Positions 26,084-38,755 of a stretch of 64,000 nucleotides of DNA are shown here, piece after piece. Position numbers and translations under genes: made by a program. Under the pieces are notes generated by a model. It searched no databases. It was not told the origin of the DNA and was given only the letters and a program-made list of their open reading frames with translations. The number at the start of each line of letters is the position of its first letter. The first letter of the stretch is position 1. This DNA is from Phyllobates terribilis (lineage: Eukaryota): assembly GCF_046119375.1 (NCBI RefSeq), contig NW_027362765.1, positions 129,580,001-129,644,000 of the forward strand, given 5' to 3'.

Positions 26084-26423
26084 ATGTTTAAGCTATCTTA
26101 TAATGTTTACTTGTTTATAGTTGCTTGTGTATAATTTTGTGTTTCTAGTTCTTTTTAGGAGTCCTTGGTGGATTTACCGGGAATCCTTGTACATAGTTGG
26201 AGCGTAACCCAGGATGGACTAAAGACTGTTAAGGACTCGGGGCAGGACAGGCCCCTACCTGGTTACGTCTCCCTGTTTTGGTGAAATGGACACCTTGCTT
26301 TTCAAAACTGCACCCGGTTGCGGACACGCCGTAACCATCTTATGTGTTTTTCTTATTGTATTGTTATACCTTGTTATGTTTTTCTAAAAAAATATGTTTA
26401 GTCCCAGAGTACTAAATTTCACT

Positions 26424-26432
26424 AGGGGGGAA
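26424..26432 (+). promoter_or_regulatory. Polypurine tract
   Basis: AGGGGGGAA immediately before the TGTGAC start of the 3' LTR. Confidence 0.85.
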
Positions 26433-27416
26433 TGTGACACCCCAGGGGTCTGGTTGCCACAGTGATAGAGATATTACATCTGAGAGCAGGTGGGAGGTCC
26501 TTTGGTCAGGGATCCTGTGCATGCGACACCTCCTGCCCAGTCTTGGGAGGGGAAGGACTTCCCCTATATAAACCCGGGGCTGAGGCAGAGTTAGGGAGAA
26601 AGAAGACAGAACAAGAGTAGAGAAGAGAAGCAGCATAGCAAGAAACATCAGGAGCTCTGTGGGGAGCAGTGTTACAACGAGTCAGGGGCTGGCAGCTACA
26701 GAGCTCGCCCTGACTGAGAAGATTTCTTACCGGACCCGGAGTCCGAGGCTGTGGGGACTAACTCCTACCCAGCAGCAGAAACCGTCCGGCAGAGGATTTC
26801 AGGTCCTCTGGCCCAGAAGCCCGAAGGCACGGTCACACGCGTGGGACCAGCACCGCCATCGTGGAGCGGAAGCCATTAGAAGGCCCCGAGTCACCGGCCA
26901 TACGGGTGAGCACCACACGGTACACTCAGGGACGTGGGCTACTTATTCCCGCCTCTAGCAAGGTAGCCAGAAGAGTACAGTTAGTTGGGAAGGCCTACAA
27001 CTCCGCCTGGCCAGGGGAGATCCCATCTGCTCAAGGACTGACCAGGCCCCTATCACTAGCAAGTACTCCGGGAGGGTCTATCTTTGTCACCAGTAAAGAC
27101 CCTGAACTACACCGCACCGTCTCTGAGTGGTTCCTGCTACCCCCATCATCCACGTCGGCTGCCCTGAGGCCATACCCCTCCCGTTGGGGGTTATACCATC
27201 CACGCTGCACCATCCTTCCACCGGCCTCAGTGGTCTGCCCTGCAGCGGCAGCTCCATAGCTGCATTCAACGGGTGGCGTAGTCACCAACCATCTACTGCT
27301 AGTACATCGCAGCTCAGTTTGACTCCCTGGGCGCGGACCGGGTCGCCGCCACGAGACTACAACCCTCAAGAGATCCGGCTCCGGGTAAGCTCCCGCGTGC
27401 GCAACGCAGCACGACA
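26433..27416 (+). repeat. Gypsy 3' LTR (984 bp, lacking the terminal ~19 bp)
   Basis: Colinear with the 5' LTR without indels; five substitutions seen by eye. Confidence 0.93.
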
Positions 27417-30020
27417 CAGGCATCGCAAGACCTTAGGTATTCATGGTTATAACCACTAGCAGCTAGCTAACTGACTATCAGTGGACGTAACCATGGATAC
27501 CTAAGGTCCTGCAATGCCTGCACATAAGAAAAGACATAGCGAATCAAAAATACTATACATTTCTATTTGTAGGTATTTGCTAATATTATTACACCTACTA
27601 CATATTGGGATAAGATCTTGGAGATGGGAATACCCCTTTAATCTCATAAAGGTGTCCCTGCTGTGTACTGTGTTATGGCCGTGTCTGACCGTACAGGGAC
27701 ATGGTCTGATCATACCACAGCTCCTGGGCAGGGGAGGAAGGAAAAGAGTATACTGATAGAATCATTTGTGATCCCTGCTATCCTTTCTTTGAAGTAAAAC
27801 ATTGTTAAAAATAGGCAGTGTAATGTTTTACCTCACAGAAAAAATCCTGTAATTCCCGGCTGTAATGTCTGTATACTCTTTTGCGTCCTCCCCTGCCCAG
27901 GAGCTGTGGTATGATCAGACCATGTTCCTGCGCGGTCAGACACAGCCATTACACAGTACACAGCAGGGGCACATTTATAAGATTATCTCAGCACAGGAAC
28001 ATTTTATTCACACACATCCAATTGTGGAAGTTATTATTATTCCAAGATGTATTGATTAAAATAAACTTTTGTCCATGGGGAAAATCCCTTTAAGTGTGGA
28101 TTATATGCATTTTTCATGAGTTTCTGCCGTGGAAACGCATGTGCGTTTTCAGCATGCGGATTTTCCGCATCTAATGCCAGTCTATGGGGAAAATTCCCAC
28201 AGAAATATCCACGTACCCACAAGAGAAATCAACATTCTGTGGATATGAAACGCACCGCAGGACAGTTAATCCTGAGTAAAAAAAAATAAAAAAAAATAGC
28301 AGTGGGCTGGAGATTTCTATAAATCTCATCCACTGTGCTGGATAAGACGCGGTGTTTTGACGCAGCAAAAATACGCAGCGTCAAAAACGCTCCAAAAGCT
28401 CATTGGGAGAAGGTCGCCTAAGGCCATCTGCACACGTTCAGTATCTTACATCAGTATTTGTAAGCCAAAATCAGGAGTGGAACAATCAGAGGAAAAGTAT
28501 AATAGAAACACGTCACTTCTGTATTTATCACCCACTCCTGGTTTTGGCTTATAAATACTAACCAAATACTCAATGTGTGAACATGGCCTAAAGCCCCCGT
28601 CTCACATAGCGAGATCGCTGCTGAGTCACGGTTTTGGTGACGCAACAGCAACCTCACCAGCGATGTCGCTATGTGTGACACTTTGCAACGATCAGGCCCC
28701 TGCTGTGAGGTCGCTGATCGCTGCAAAATCTCCTGGACCATTTTTTGGTCGTTGCCCTCCCGCTGGTCAGCACACATCGCTGTGTGTGACCAGCGGGAGC
28801 AGCGATCAGGCTGGTAACTATGGTAAACATCGGGTTACTAGGGGCACACGCGCACTTAGTAACCCGCTGTTTATCATGGTTACGAGCCTGCTAAAGTGAG
28901 CGCTCACCGTAGCAGAGTGGTAACCATGATAAACAGCGGGTTACTAGGGGCACGTGTGCCCCTAGTAACCCGATGTTTATTATGGTTACCAGCCTGCTCC
29001 TGCTTCAGCAGGCTGGCAACCAGGAGCTGGACATCGTGGAAAGATTCTTTCCACGATGTCGCTGCTCCCCTGATCGTTGGTGAGCCTGCCTGTTTGACAG
29101 CTCACCAGCGACCACATAGCGACGCAGCAATGATCCCTGACAGGTCGTATCGTTGTCTGGATCGTTGCAGCGTCGCTAAGTGTGACGGGGCCTTAAGTCT
29201 TTGTTCCCACACACCATCTCAACTGCTCGCTCCTGCAGAGGGATTTACTATTGTGAAGGGATGGGGGGATATTTTGCCGCACTTTCCATTACAGGGTGAG
29301 ATTTCGTATGTACATTTACAGCATAAATTGAGATGTTACATTTTGCCTCAGATATATTTCGCAGCATGTTGTTGGCACTGTAAGTCGCAGCAGAGTTTGC
29401 TGCAGTGGATGCGCTGTGTTTTCGTAGCATGGACACTTAGGTCATCTGCTGTGGACTTTCTGCAGCATAAATGCCTCTGTGGATTATGTAGCCTCCTACG
29501 CTGCACGTCACATTGTCGCAAGGGGTAAAAGCTAAAAGATCATTGTCCGATATTGTTACAATCCACAATTTCCAGTACACATGCATAAAATAGAATGAAT
29601 GTAGGTATGTCCGGTTTATTGTTCTGAATAGGCTCAGTTCTGCATGTCTCATTCACAAGCGTAGGACAAGGGCAGAACCTGCTGCAGAAAACCCACTCCA
29701 TGTCAATATATGGTGGTAGACAATCAATGTTCAATTAGTCATAGAGACACTTGTGATTGTAGCGCTAGTTACAATGTACCAGAGTTGTGCCTGATAATGG
29801 CAGCTTCTGAGCTACTCTCACCTCATTTATAATTGTAGGAAACTGGAGCTGAACTTTCTGGTCGTAAACCAGCTTAGCGCTGAGGTTCACTGACTGGTTC
29901 TCAGATTATTCATTCTGCAGCCAGTGCAACATAAGAGCTAGCCAAAAATATATGCATTTATATCGTTTTTTTCCCCCCCGAAAGCTTTCGTATGCAAAAA
30001 GGGTATTCTACAATCCTTAA

Positions 30021-30573
30021 AGGGTTTTCCCACTAGGAAAAGTTGGTTTTAATCAATAGATCTTGGAATAATAATAAGTTCCACAAATTGATGTGTTTAA
30101 ATATAATGTTCCTGTGCCGAGATAATCTTATATATGTGTCCCTGCTGTGTACTGTGTAATGGCTGTGTCTGACCGTGCAGGACCATGGTCTGATCATACC
30201 ACATCTCCTGGCCAGGGCAGGAAGCAAAAGAGTATACAGATATTACAGCATGGGATCACAGCTGATTCTTTTTGTGAGGCAAAACATTTCCCTGCCTGAT
30301 TTTAACCAATGTTTTATTTCAAAGAAAGAATCAGCTGTGATCCCCTGCTGTCCTGTCTGTATACTCTTGCTTCCTCCCCTGCCCAGGAGATGTGGTATGA
30401 TCAGACCATGTCCCTGTACGGTCAGACACAGCCATTACACAGTACACAGCAGGGGCACATTTATAAGATTATCTCAGCACAGGAACATTTTTTGTAAACA
30501 CATCCAATTGTGGGAATTATTATTATTCCAAGATCTATTGATTAAAATTACTTTTGTTTGTGAGAAAATCCCT
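30021..30573. mobile_element. T2/Kolobok-type palindromic MITE (uninterrupted)
   Basis: TTAA at 30017-20 and 30574-77; AGGG..CCCT ends; long inverted arms. Confidence 0.8.
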
Positions 30574-30577
30574 TTAA

Positions 30578-31791
30578 CCCCTTACTGGCCTGGGGCGTAT
30601 TAGTGCACCCCAGGCCATCACCCCCGGTTCAGCACAGCCTCCGGCGCTGAGCCCGCACTGAACCGGGCACATGTCAGCTGATTCTTACAGCTGACATGTG
30701 CCCGCAACAGCCACAAGTGGAATCGCGATCCACCCACGGCTGTTAACCAGTTAAATGCCGCTGTCAATCTCTGACAGCGGCATTTAACAGCACCGTGCCG
30801 GAAGCGTTTCACTTACCCTGCCCATCGGTGACCCAGTCACATGATCGCGGGTCACTGATGGGTGGGCATTGCAACCCAGGGTCTGCAGCAGACCCCAGTG
30901 GTTGTCATGTAAAGATTACTATGAGCGCCACCTAGTAGTCGGCGCTCATAGTACAGGAGCATTTCTGTTACATAGAGGTGATCTGCTCATCGCCTTTATG
31001 TAGCAGAGGCGATCAGGTAATTGCTGCTTCTAGTCTCTTATGGAGACTATAGAAGCAACCAAAAAGTGTAAAAAGTTTTTTTTAAATATTAAAAAAAAGT
31101 TTAAATCACCCCCTTTTGCCCCATTCAAAAAAAATAAACCCCACATACACATTTGGTATCGCCGCGTTCAGAATCGCCTGATCAATATAAAAATAATTAA
31201 TCCGATCGGTAAATGGCGTAGAGAAAAAAATTCCAAACGCCAGAATTAAGGTTTTTTTGGTCAGCGCAACATTGCAATAACGGGCGATCAAAACATCAGA
31301 TCTACCCCAAAATGTTATCAATAAAAACAGCCAGCGCTCAAAAAATAAGCCCTCACCCGGCCCCAGAGATCCCGAAAAATGGAGATGCTGCAGGTCTCGG
31401 AAAATGGCACTTTTTTTTATAGCAAACTTTGAATTTTTTTCCACCACTTAAATAAAAAAAGAACCTATACATGTTTGGTGTCTACGAACTCGTAATGACC
31501 TGGAGAATAATAATGGCAGGTCAGTTTTAGCTTCCAGTGAATGTGGAAAGAAAAAAAAAACTGGAATTGCATTTTTTTTTTTTGCAATTTCACCACACTT
31601 GGAATTTTTTCCCCTGTTCTCTAGTACACGGTATGGTAAAACTAGTAATGGCATTTAAAAGTACAACTTGTCCCGCAAAAAATAAGCCCTCACATGGCCA
31701 TATTGACCAAAAAATAAAAACTATGCCTCTGGGAACAAGGGGAGCAAAAAACGAAAATGCAAAAATGACAAATCCCAAGGTCGTTAAGGGG
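30578..31791. mobile_element. Non-autonomous piggyBac-like element
   Basis: TTAA-CCCCTT ... AAGGGG-TTAA termini (TTAA at 30574-77 and 31792-95); no transposase. Confidence 0.65.
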
Positions 31792-33053
31792 TTAATGCAG
31801 AATTACAAGCTCAATCGGGTGTAGTATATGTGGAAATATCCCTCCCTAGATAGAACATAAAGCTCTATCAGACAGTCGGTACAATGCCTTTTTTAATGGA
31901 ATATTTGTACAAGTAGAAAACAAACCCTTTTATATGCCTCCAATGAAAGTTTCTTATGAGGGCGCCATCAGATTGACACACCTATATACATAATATTTAA
32001 GTTTCCATAAACTTAGAGAAGAGCCCCAATTCATCATTGCTGTTGCACCAGTTTTTGGGAGTAATTTGCTCCTTGTTAGAGGCTGCTATATTTGCACCCT
32101 ATTCTTCATATATTTTGTATTTTTAACTTTTTTCATTTTGCTCTTCCACATGTGAATCAATCTAATATAACATGTGACATACCAAACATTCCATTTTCAT
32201 GCATCTCACTCCAGCTCCTACCAACAAAACTGCACGCAGGTCTTAAAACATACTTTTGTTGAGATTAAAAAAAATATATATCTATATCTATATCAGTGGT
32301 TTTATCGTCTATTTTTTCATCTCATTAAAAGTTAGTTTTATGAGACTTGCATGCACCGTTTTGTTGGCAGTACATTCAGTGGGTGCATCCCCAGTCACAT
32401 ATTGATATCACATATGTTCTAATATTCACTCCGCTCCTGTCTGGAGTGAGGTTTCTGGAGGAGTTTTTAATGTGGGGCACCTTTAGACAAATGTTCTACT
32501 TACCAATTGATTTGACACTTGGTGCTGAATAGCTATAAAAGACTTTAATTTACACAAAAAGTTCTCATGAGCCACATGCACAGTTTTGAAGAATTTGGCG
32601 CACAAAGACTCCTGGCCTAAATTGTCCAAACATAACAGGCCATCTTCACATGATTGATTATGTGAACCAGAAGGCAGCTGTTCTTTATATGGATACATCT
32701 CCAACATTCTCTACCCAATGGGAAAGACAGCTCTAACTGTGAAATGTATAGCACGTGGATGCGAATGAATACAAAGGAAGCATTTGTTTCACACATTTAA
32801 TCCATAGTTCAGTTTTGGTTGGCGATCACTGTCTAGATATTATAGCATTCATTTCCCAGACTTTCCTGCACTTTTTACCTTTGTGAGATTTACTGTTTTT
32901 TCCTAAAACTTTTTTGTCTTTTGTATTTTAACTTGTAAAATCAGATAATCCCATAGATTGGATGGTGACCAGGTATGACATCTGAACATCAGACACAACA
33001 ATGAGATGTAGGTGAAAACTCAGGATCCACCTTTCTGCTACACTGGATCTAAA

Positions 33054-34060
33054 ATATGCACATATTCTCTTCTCAAATAGGACACTAGTCCCCCAAGAAA
33101 AGACCTGAAGCGAGTATTTCAACCTTAAAATCAATACTTTATTAACATATATTAAAACAAATCACAGTGCTTCACGAATACGAATGGGCAAATATTTGTA
33201 TGAATCCTATTGATACTCAAGGTATATTGTATTCTGGTTTGCAGCATAAAGTTTGCAATTGTAACCTATTTCTGTCCCCACATAATAAGATAATTTGTGC
33301 AGTGGTGATCACTATTGGTTAATGTGATATAACGTAAGAATTCAAGTGCTGTTAAATACACAAATTAAGGGACTACCACTGTTAGGCTTATGAACCCATG
33401 GGGAGGTGTCCTAAAGGGATAAAGCATGGAAACCAATTGTCCGCAACGAAGCAGCACAAAAGTGGAACCAAAAACTAAAGGGAACTAAATGGAATACCTG
33501 GATCAGTGTAATAATGCTGTCGACAGCATTATTACACTGATCCAGGTATTCCATTTAGTTCCCTTTAGTTTTTGGTTCCACTTTTGTGCTGCTTTGTTGC
33601 GGACAATTGGTTTCCATGCTTTATCCCTTTAGGACACCTCCCCATGGGTTCATAAGCCTAACAGTGGTAGTCCCTTAATTTGTGTATTTAACAGCACTTG
33701 AATTCTTACGTTATATCACATTAACCAATAGTGATCACCACTGCACAAATTATCTTATTATGTGGGGACAGAAATATGTCATAAGCAATAGTGATTATCA
33801 CTGCATCATTTATCTTATTATGTGGGGACAGCAATAGGTTACAATTGCAAACTTTATGCTGCAAACCAGAATACAATATACCTTGAGTATCAATAGGATT
33901 CATACAAATATTTGCCCATTCGTATTTGTGAAGCACTGTGATTTGTTTTATCTAATTTTTAATATATGTTAATAAAGTATTGATTTTAAGGTTGAAATAC
34001 TCGCTTCAGGTCTTTTCTTGGGGGACTAGTGTCCTATTTGAGAAGAGAATATGTGCATAT
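33054..34060. repeat. ~1-kb near-perfect palindrome without spacer
   Basis: Centre GCTGTC|GACAGC at 33521/33522. The arms are reverse complements to ~33054 and ~34060. The right arm carries a ~58-bp internal duplication. Confidence 0.93.
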
Positions 34061-35197
34061 GTTATATGAGTTAAACAACCGATAGCAATTTTCAGGATTC
34101 CATGTGTGGAACTTTGTTGGTAATACTGGATCTAAAATGCAAGTTATGGTACATGTGTGTGTATTTTAGTATGGCCATATTCTCCCTGCAATATTGCTGA
34201 TGGCCAAGATGCATTGGGGCACATGCAGTGCAACTGAATTAAAAAGAATGGCACTCTGACTAAGGACCAAGTCTACCCTGTTCAGATGTTTGTCTTAAAA
34301 GGTTCAATACTTTCAACCCTAACCTACATAAGGGGTGCAAAAATTAGTCTAAATGGAGTTAGTAGCCATGCTTGCCAACATTGCAATGAGCAATATCACC
34401 ACCTATACATATATGCTATTCCAAGAGATTGCCAGAAGACATGCTTTGCTTAGCCTTTCAGGCAGAGAACAAGTTTAGTGTTCATGCACTCCTGTCACAT
34501 GGATGGTTAAACCTTTGCACCGAAGACTTTAAATATGCAAATTGCCAAATCAGAGGAAGAGGACTAGAACTTTATCGCCATCAGAGTTCTAGTTCTCTTC
34601 CCCTCTGAAGGAGGAATTTGCTTATCTAATTTGCCAGAGGAGCATTGCATGCCTTAACAGTCTCCTCACATTGGCATGCCAGGCTTGGCATGTCACTCTC
34701 CACAAGAGAATGTTACCCCTTGGATCCCCCTGAAGACTTTGAATGGCATATAAAGCCATATGCACATCCTGCCACTTCATTCAACTCCTAGCCACTGTTT
34801 TTCTGCTTGTAGAGAACAGACTTGTGTTCCCAATTCTGGCAATAGGAAAATAGTTTTATAGGTTGGATTAACACCAATCTAACCAGTTATCACCTATACA
34901 GTCCAGTCTAAACTGGGTGAAGGGAGTGTCAACACAGTGACTGTTCAAACCAACCATGCACACTTACCTTACCACCCCACTTGTTTTTCATCCCTTTTCT
35001 GGCTCTTGTAAAGCCAGAGCTTTCAATTAAGGGTGAGGGGGTGTAGAAAGATGCAAAACAGGCAGGTGGGAAGATGCACTGAACTGTGCAGCCACACAAA
35101 CAGGTGCACAGAGCATCTGAGCTTGGTTTGAGCAGTCATTTTATGCTGAGTGCAAGAGGGTGGAATAAATATATGGCACAAGTCAAATGGTTGTAGA

Positions 35198-35203
35198 TTT
35201 ATT
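35198..35203 (-). terminator. LSM14B: Candidate LSM14B polyadenylation signal
   Basis: AATAAA on the minus strand ~950 nt after the stop codon, at the end of repeat-free UTR-like sequence. Confidence 0.45.
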
Positions 35204-36154
35204 GGTAGCTTACAATTCAAATCACATCCCCCATGGGCTACTGGTTATCAGCACCAGGATTCTACAAAAATAAAGACACTTTCTTAAATTAAATCTTATA
35301 ACTTAAAAATGGTGGTTTGCAGAAAGTTTTACAATACCGGGTTAAGTGCATCAATGTCGAAAAAAAAATGTAGATCCATCTCATGCAGACGGTGGTCTTG
35401 TGGCATTTTTATGCTAGAGGATAGCTTCGGAGTCAAGCTGCTTAACAGTTGTGACTGCAACCTTGCAGCAGATCTCCATGTGCAGCAGGAAATGTGTCCT
35501 TTATAACATGAGCTCGAGGGCGGCAGGGTGACTACTCCTTGTTACACGACACGTATGGCAGTTGGCTAGCAGTCTGGGCCAGTGATCAAAGAAGAGCGAT
35601 TGTGACAACAGAACCAAATGAGTAAATGAAAAAAAATAATCAGTGAGGGGGTGAAGCTGTACCCACCACCTACCAGTGCACCCACTTTGGTGCACCATTG
35701 AATACTCAGGTGATATCTTAACATAAATTTAAGGGGGGACAGTGAGCAGATCGCTCATCTGAGCACAACAAAAAGGCAGTAAAACCCCCTCCTAAAAAAG
35801 AAAACTGGCATTCAGATTATACATTAAAAAGTACAAGAAAAAAAAAATCTCCTTCCGTCTGAGGTCCAAAATATAACTGCTCACCTCACTGAAGTACCAC
35901 ACAAACCATTCCCCTATATGATAAAGCACTGCCATGGCCTCCTATACACACATCTGTGCCAAGTCCAATCTGCAGTTTACAAACCAGTGTTACATAGATG
36001 AAAGCAATGCAGGGGCTTATCCTGCCCGGTGCACAGTTACAGAGCTGCTACGAAGCGTTTGGAGGGGTGTGGGAAGGGGGCAAGAAGTTATGGAAGACTA
36101 GTCCATTTAGAGACGCACAAACCCCTTTTTTGTCCATGTTACTGACAGAAGTCT

Positions 36155-36320
36155 TCACACCCTCCCAGTGCCAGCCCGCTGCGTTGTCTGGTTTCTTCGT
36201 GGAACGGCACCACCCCTTCCTCCTCTGAACCCACCGCGAAAGCTGCGGCCTCGACGGAATCTGCCGGAGACCCCAAAGGTTTCAGTGTTCAGCTTTTTCT
36301 CCTCTGCCCACGTGGTGCGT
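36155..36320 (-). CDS. LSM14B: LSM14B last coding exon (TFG box, RGG region)
   Basis: (R)[54 protein letters not shown]; acceptor CACAG. Confidence 0.95.
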
Positions 36321-36499
36321 CTGTGCAAACAAGAGACTTGTTAATCAATTTAGGTCTTCAGGTTATCACAGTATTTCATACATCTGATAACTAATCTGCA
36401 TATGTGGTAAAACAAAGCCACTACATGCAAAACAGCCAAGACCAGCTGTACTAAGGGCATTCAGAACACCCTGGACTTTATAATAGACAAGAGAATCTT

Positions 36500-38595
36500 G
36501 TATTATACTTTAGAGCTGCACTTGATGTACATACATTACTTATCCTGTACTGATCCTGAGTTACATCCTGCATTATACTCCAGAGCTTCACTCGCTATTC
36601 TGCTGGTGCAGTCACTGTGTACATACATTACATTACTTATCCTGTACTGATCCTGAGTTACATCCTGTATTATACTCCAGAGCTGCACTCCCTATTCTGC
36701 TGGTGCAGTCACTGTGTACATACATTACATTACTTATCCTGTACTGATCCTGAGTTACATCCTGTATTATACTCCAGAGCTGCACTCACTATTTTGCTGG
36801 TGCAGTCACTGTGTACATACATTACATTACTTATCCTGTACTGATCCTGAGTTACATCCTGTATTATACTCCAGAGCTGCACTCACTATTTTGCTGGTGT
36901 AGTCACTGTGTACATACATTACATTACTTATCCTGTACTGATCCTGAGTTATATCCTGTATTCTACTCCAGAGCTGCACTCACTATTCTGCTGGTGGAGT
37001 CACTGTGTACATACATTACATTACTTATCCTGTACTGATCCTGAGTTACATCCTGTATTATACTCCAGAGCTGCACTCACTATTTTGCTGGTGTAGTCAC
37101 TGTGTACATACATTACATTACTTATCCTGTACTGATCCTGAGTTATATCCTGTATTCTACTCCAGAGCTGCACTCACTATTCTGCTGGTGGAGTCACTGT
37201 GTACATACATTACATTACTTATCCTGTACTGATCCTGAGTTACATCCTGTATTATACTCCAGAGCTGCACTCACTATTTTGCTGGTGCAGTCACTGTGTA
37301 CATACATTACATTACTTATCCTGTACTGATCCTGAGTTGCATCCTGTATTATACTCCAGAGCTACACTCACTATTTTGCTGGTGTAGTCACTGTGTACAT
37401 ACATTACATTACTTATCCTGTACTGATCCCGAGTTACATCCTGTATTATACTCCAGAGCTGCACTCACTATTCTGCTGGTGGAGTCACTGTGTACATTCA
37501 TTACTTATCCAGCACTGATCCCGAGTTACATCCTGTATTATACTCCAGAGCTGCACTCACTATTCTGCTGGTGCAGTCACTGTGTACATACATTACATTA
37601 CTTATCCTGTACTGATCCTGAGTTACATCCTGTATTATACTCCAGAGCTGCACTCACTATTTTGCTGGTGTAGTCACTGTGTACATACATTACTTATCCT
37701 GTACTGATCCTGAGTTACATCCTGTATTATACTCCAGAGCTGCACTCACTATTTTGCTGATGCAGTCACTGTGTACATACATTACATTACTTATCCTGTA
37801 CTGATCCCGAGTTGCATCCTGTATTATACTCCAGAGCTACACTCACTATTTTGCTGGTGTAGTCACTGTGTACATACATTACATTACTTATCCTGTACTG
37901 ATCCTGAGTTGCATCCTGTATTATACTCCAGAGCTACACTCACTATTTTGCTGGTGTAGTCACTGTGTACATACATTACATTACTTATCCTGTACTGATC
38001 CCGAGTTACATCCTGTATTATACTCCAGAGCTGCACTCACTATTCTGCTGGTGGAGTCACTGTGTACATTCATTACTTATCCAGCACTGATCCCGAGTTA
38101 CATCCTGTATTATACTCCAGAGCTGCACTCACTATTCTGCTGGTGCAGTCACTGTGTACATACATTACATTACTTATCCTGTACTGATCCTGAGTTACAT
38201 CCTGTATTATACTCCAGAGCTGCACTCACTATTTTGCTGGTGTAGTCACTGTGTACATACATTACTTATCCTGTACTGATCCTGAGTTACATCCTGTATT
38301 ATACTCCAGAGCTGCACTCACTATTTTGCTGGTGCAGTCACTGTGTACATACATTACTTATCCTGTACTGATCCTGAGTTACATCCTGTATTATACTCCA
38401 GAGCTGCACTCACTATTCTGCTGGTGTAGTCACTGTGTACATACATTACTTATCCTGTACTGGCGTTGGAGTTAGCGTGTGACACTATAAATTACTTATC
38501 CTGTGCTGATCCTGAGTTACATCTTGTATTGTACTTCAGAGCTGCACTCACTATTCTGCTGGTGGAGAAATTATGTAAACACACTACTTATCCTG
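36500..38595 (+). repeat. 97/92-bp tandem satellite, ~21 copies, in the last coding intron of LSM14B
   Basis: Unit ..CACTGTGTACATACATTACATTACTTATCCTGTACTGATCCTGAGTTACATCCTGTATTATACTCCAGAGCTGCACTCACTATTCTGCTGGTGCAGT. ORF starts recur every 97 bp. Confidence 0.95.
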
Positions 38596-38755
38596 CAATA
38601 CACTGCAAAGCTGTATTTCATACTGCAGCCTCAGCTGAAATTTTGAAGCATTTACTACTAGTATATCATAGGAGGGAGGAATATGGAGCCAACTGCCAAG
38701 AACTCAAATAAAACCCCTCTTTTGCAACAGATGTTACAGGAGTTTGACTGTCCAC

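Larger units (their letters stand above)
19549..27416 (+). mobile_element. Ty3/Gypsy LTR retrotransposon with intact gag and pol
   Basis: Two ~1-kb LTRs, PBS, PPT, gag with CCHC knuckle, pol in PR-RT-RH-IN order. 4-bp TSD CAGG (19545-48, 27417-20). Confidence 0.97.
19426..27637. mobile_element. T2/Kolobok-type palindromic MITE (inner), split by the Gypsy insertion
   Basis: TTAA at 19422-25 and 27638-41. The left arm AGGGTTATTCCCATCTCCAAGATCTTATCC.. mirrors the right arm ..GGATAAGATCTTGGAGATGGGAATACCCCT. Confidence 0.8.
19322..28089. mobile_element. T2/Kolobok-type MITE (outer), interrupted by a second MITE and the Gypsy element
   Basis: TTAA at 19318-21 and 28090-93, AGGG..CCCT termini. The arms match the uninterrupted copy at 30021-30573. 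Confidence 0.75.

Noticed and set aside
36617-38475. Series of MYIHYITYP.. ORFs
   Set aside because: They are translations of the 97-bp satellite, are intronic and antisense to LSM14B, and show no splice or coding signal.
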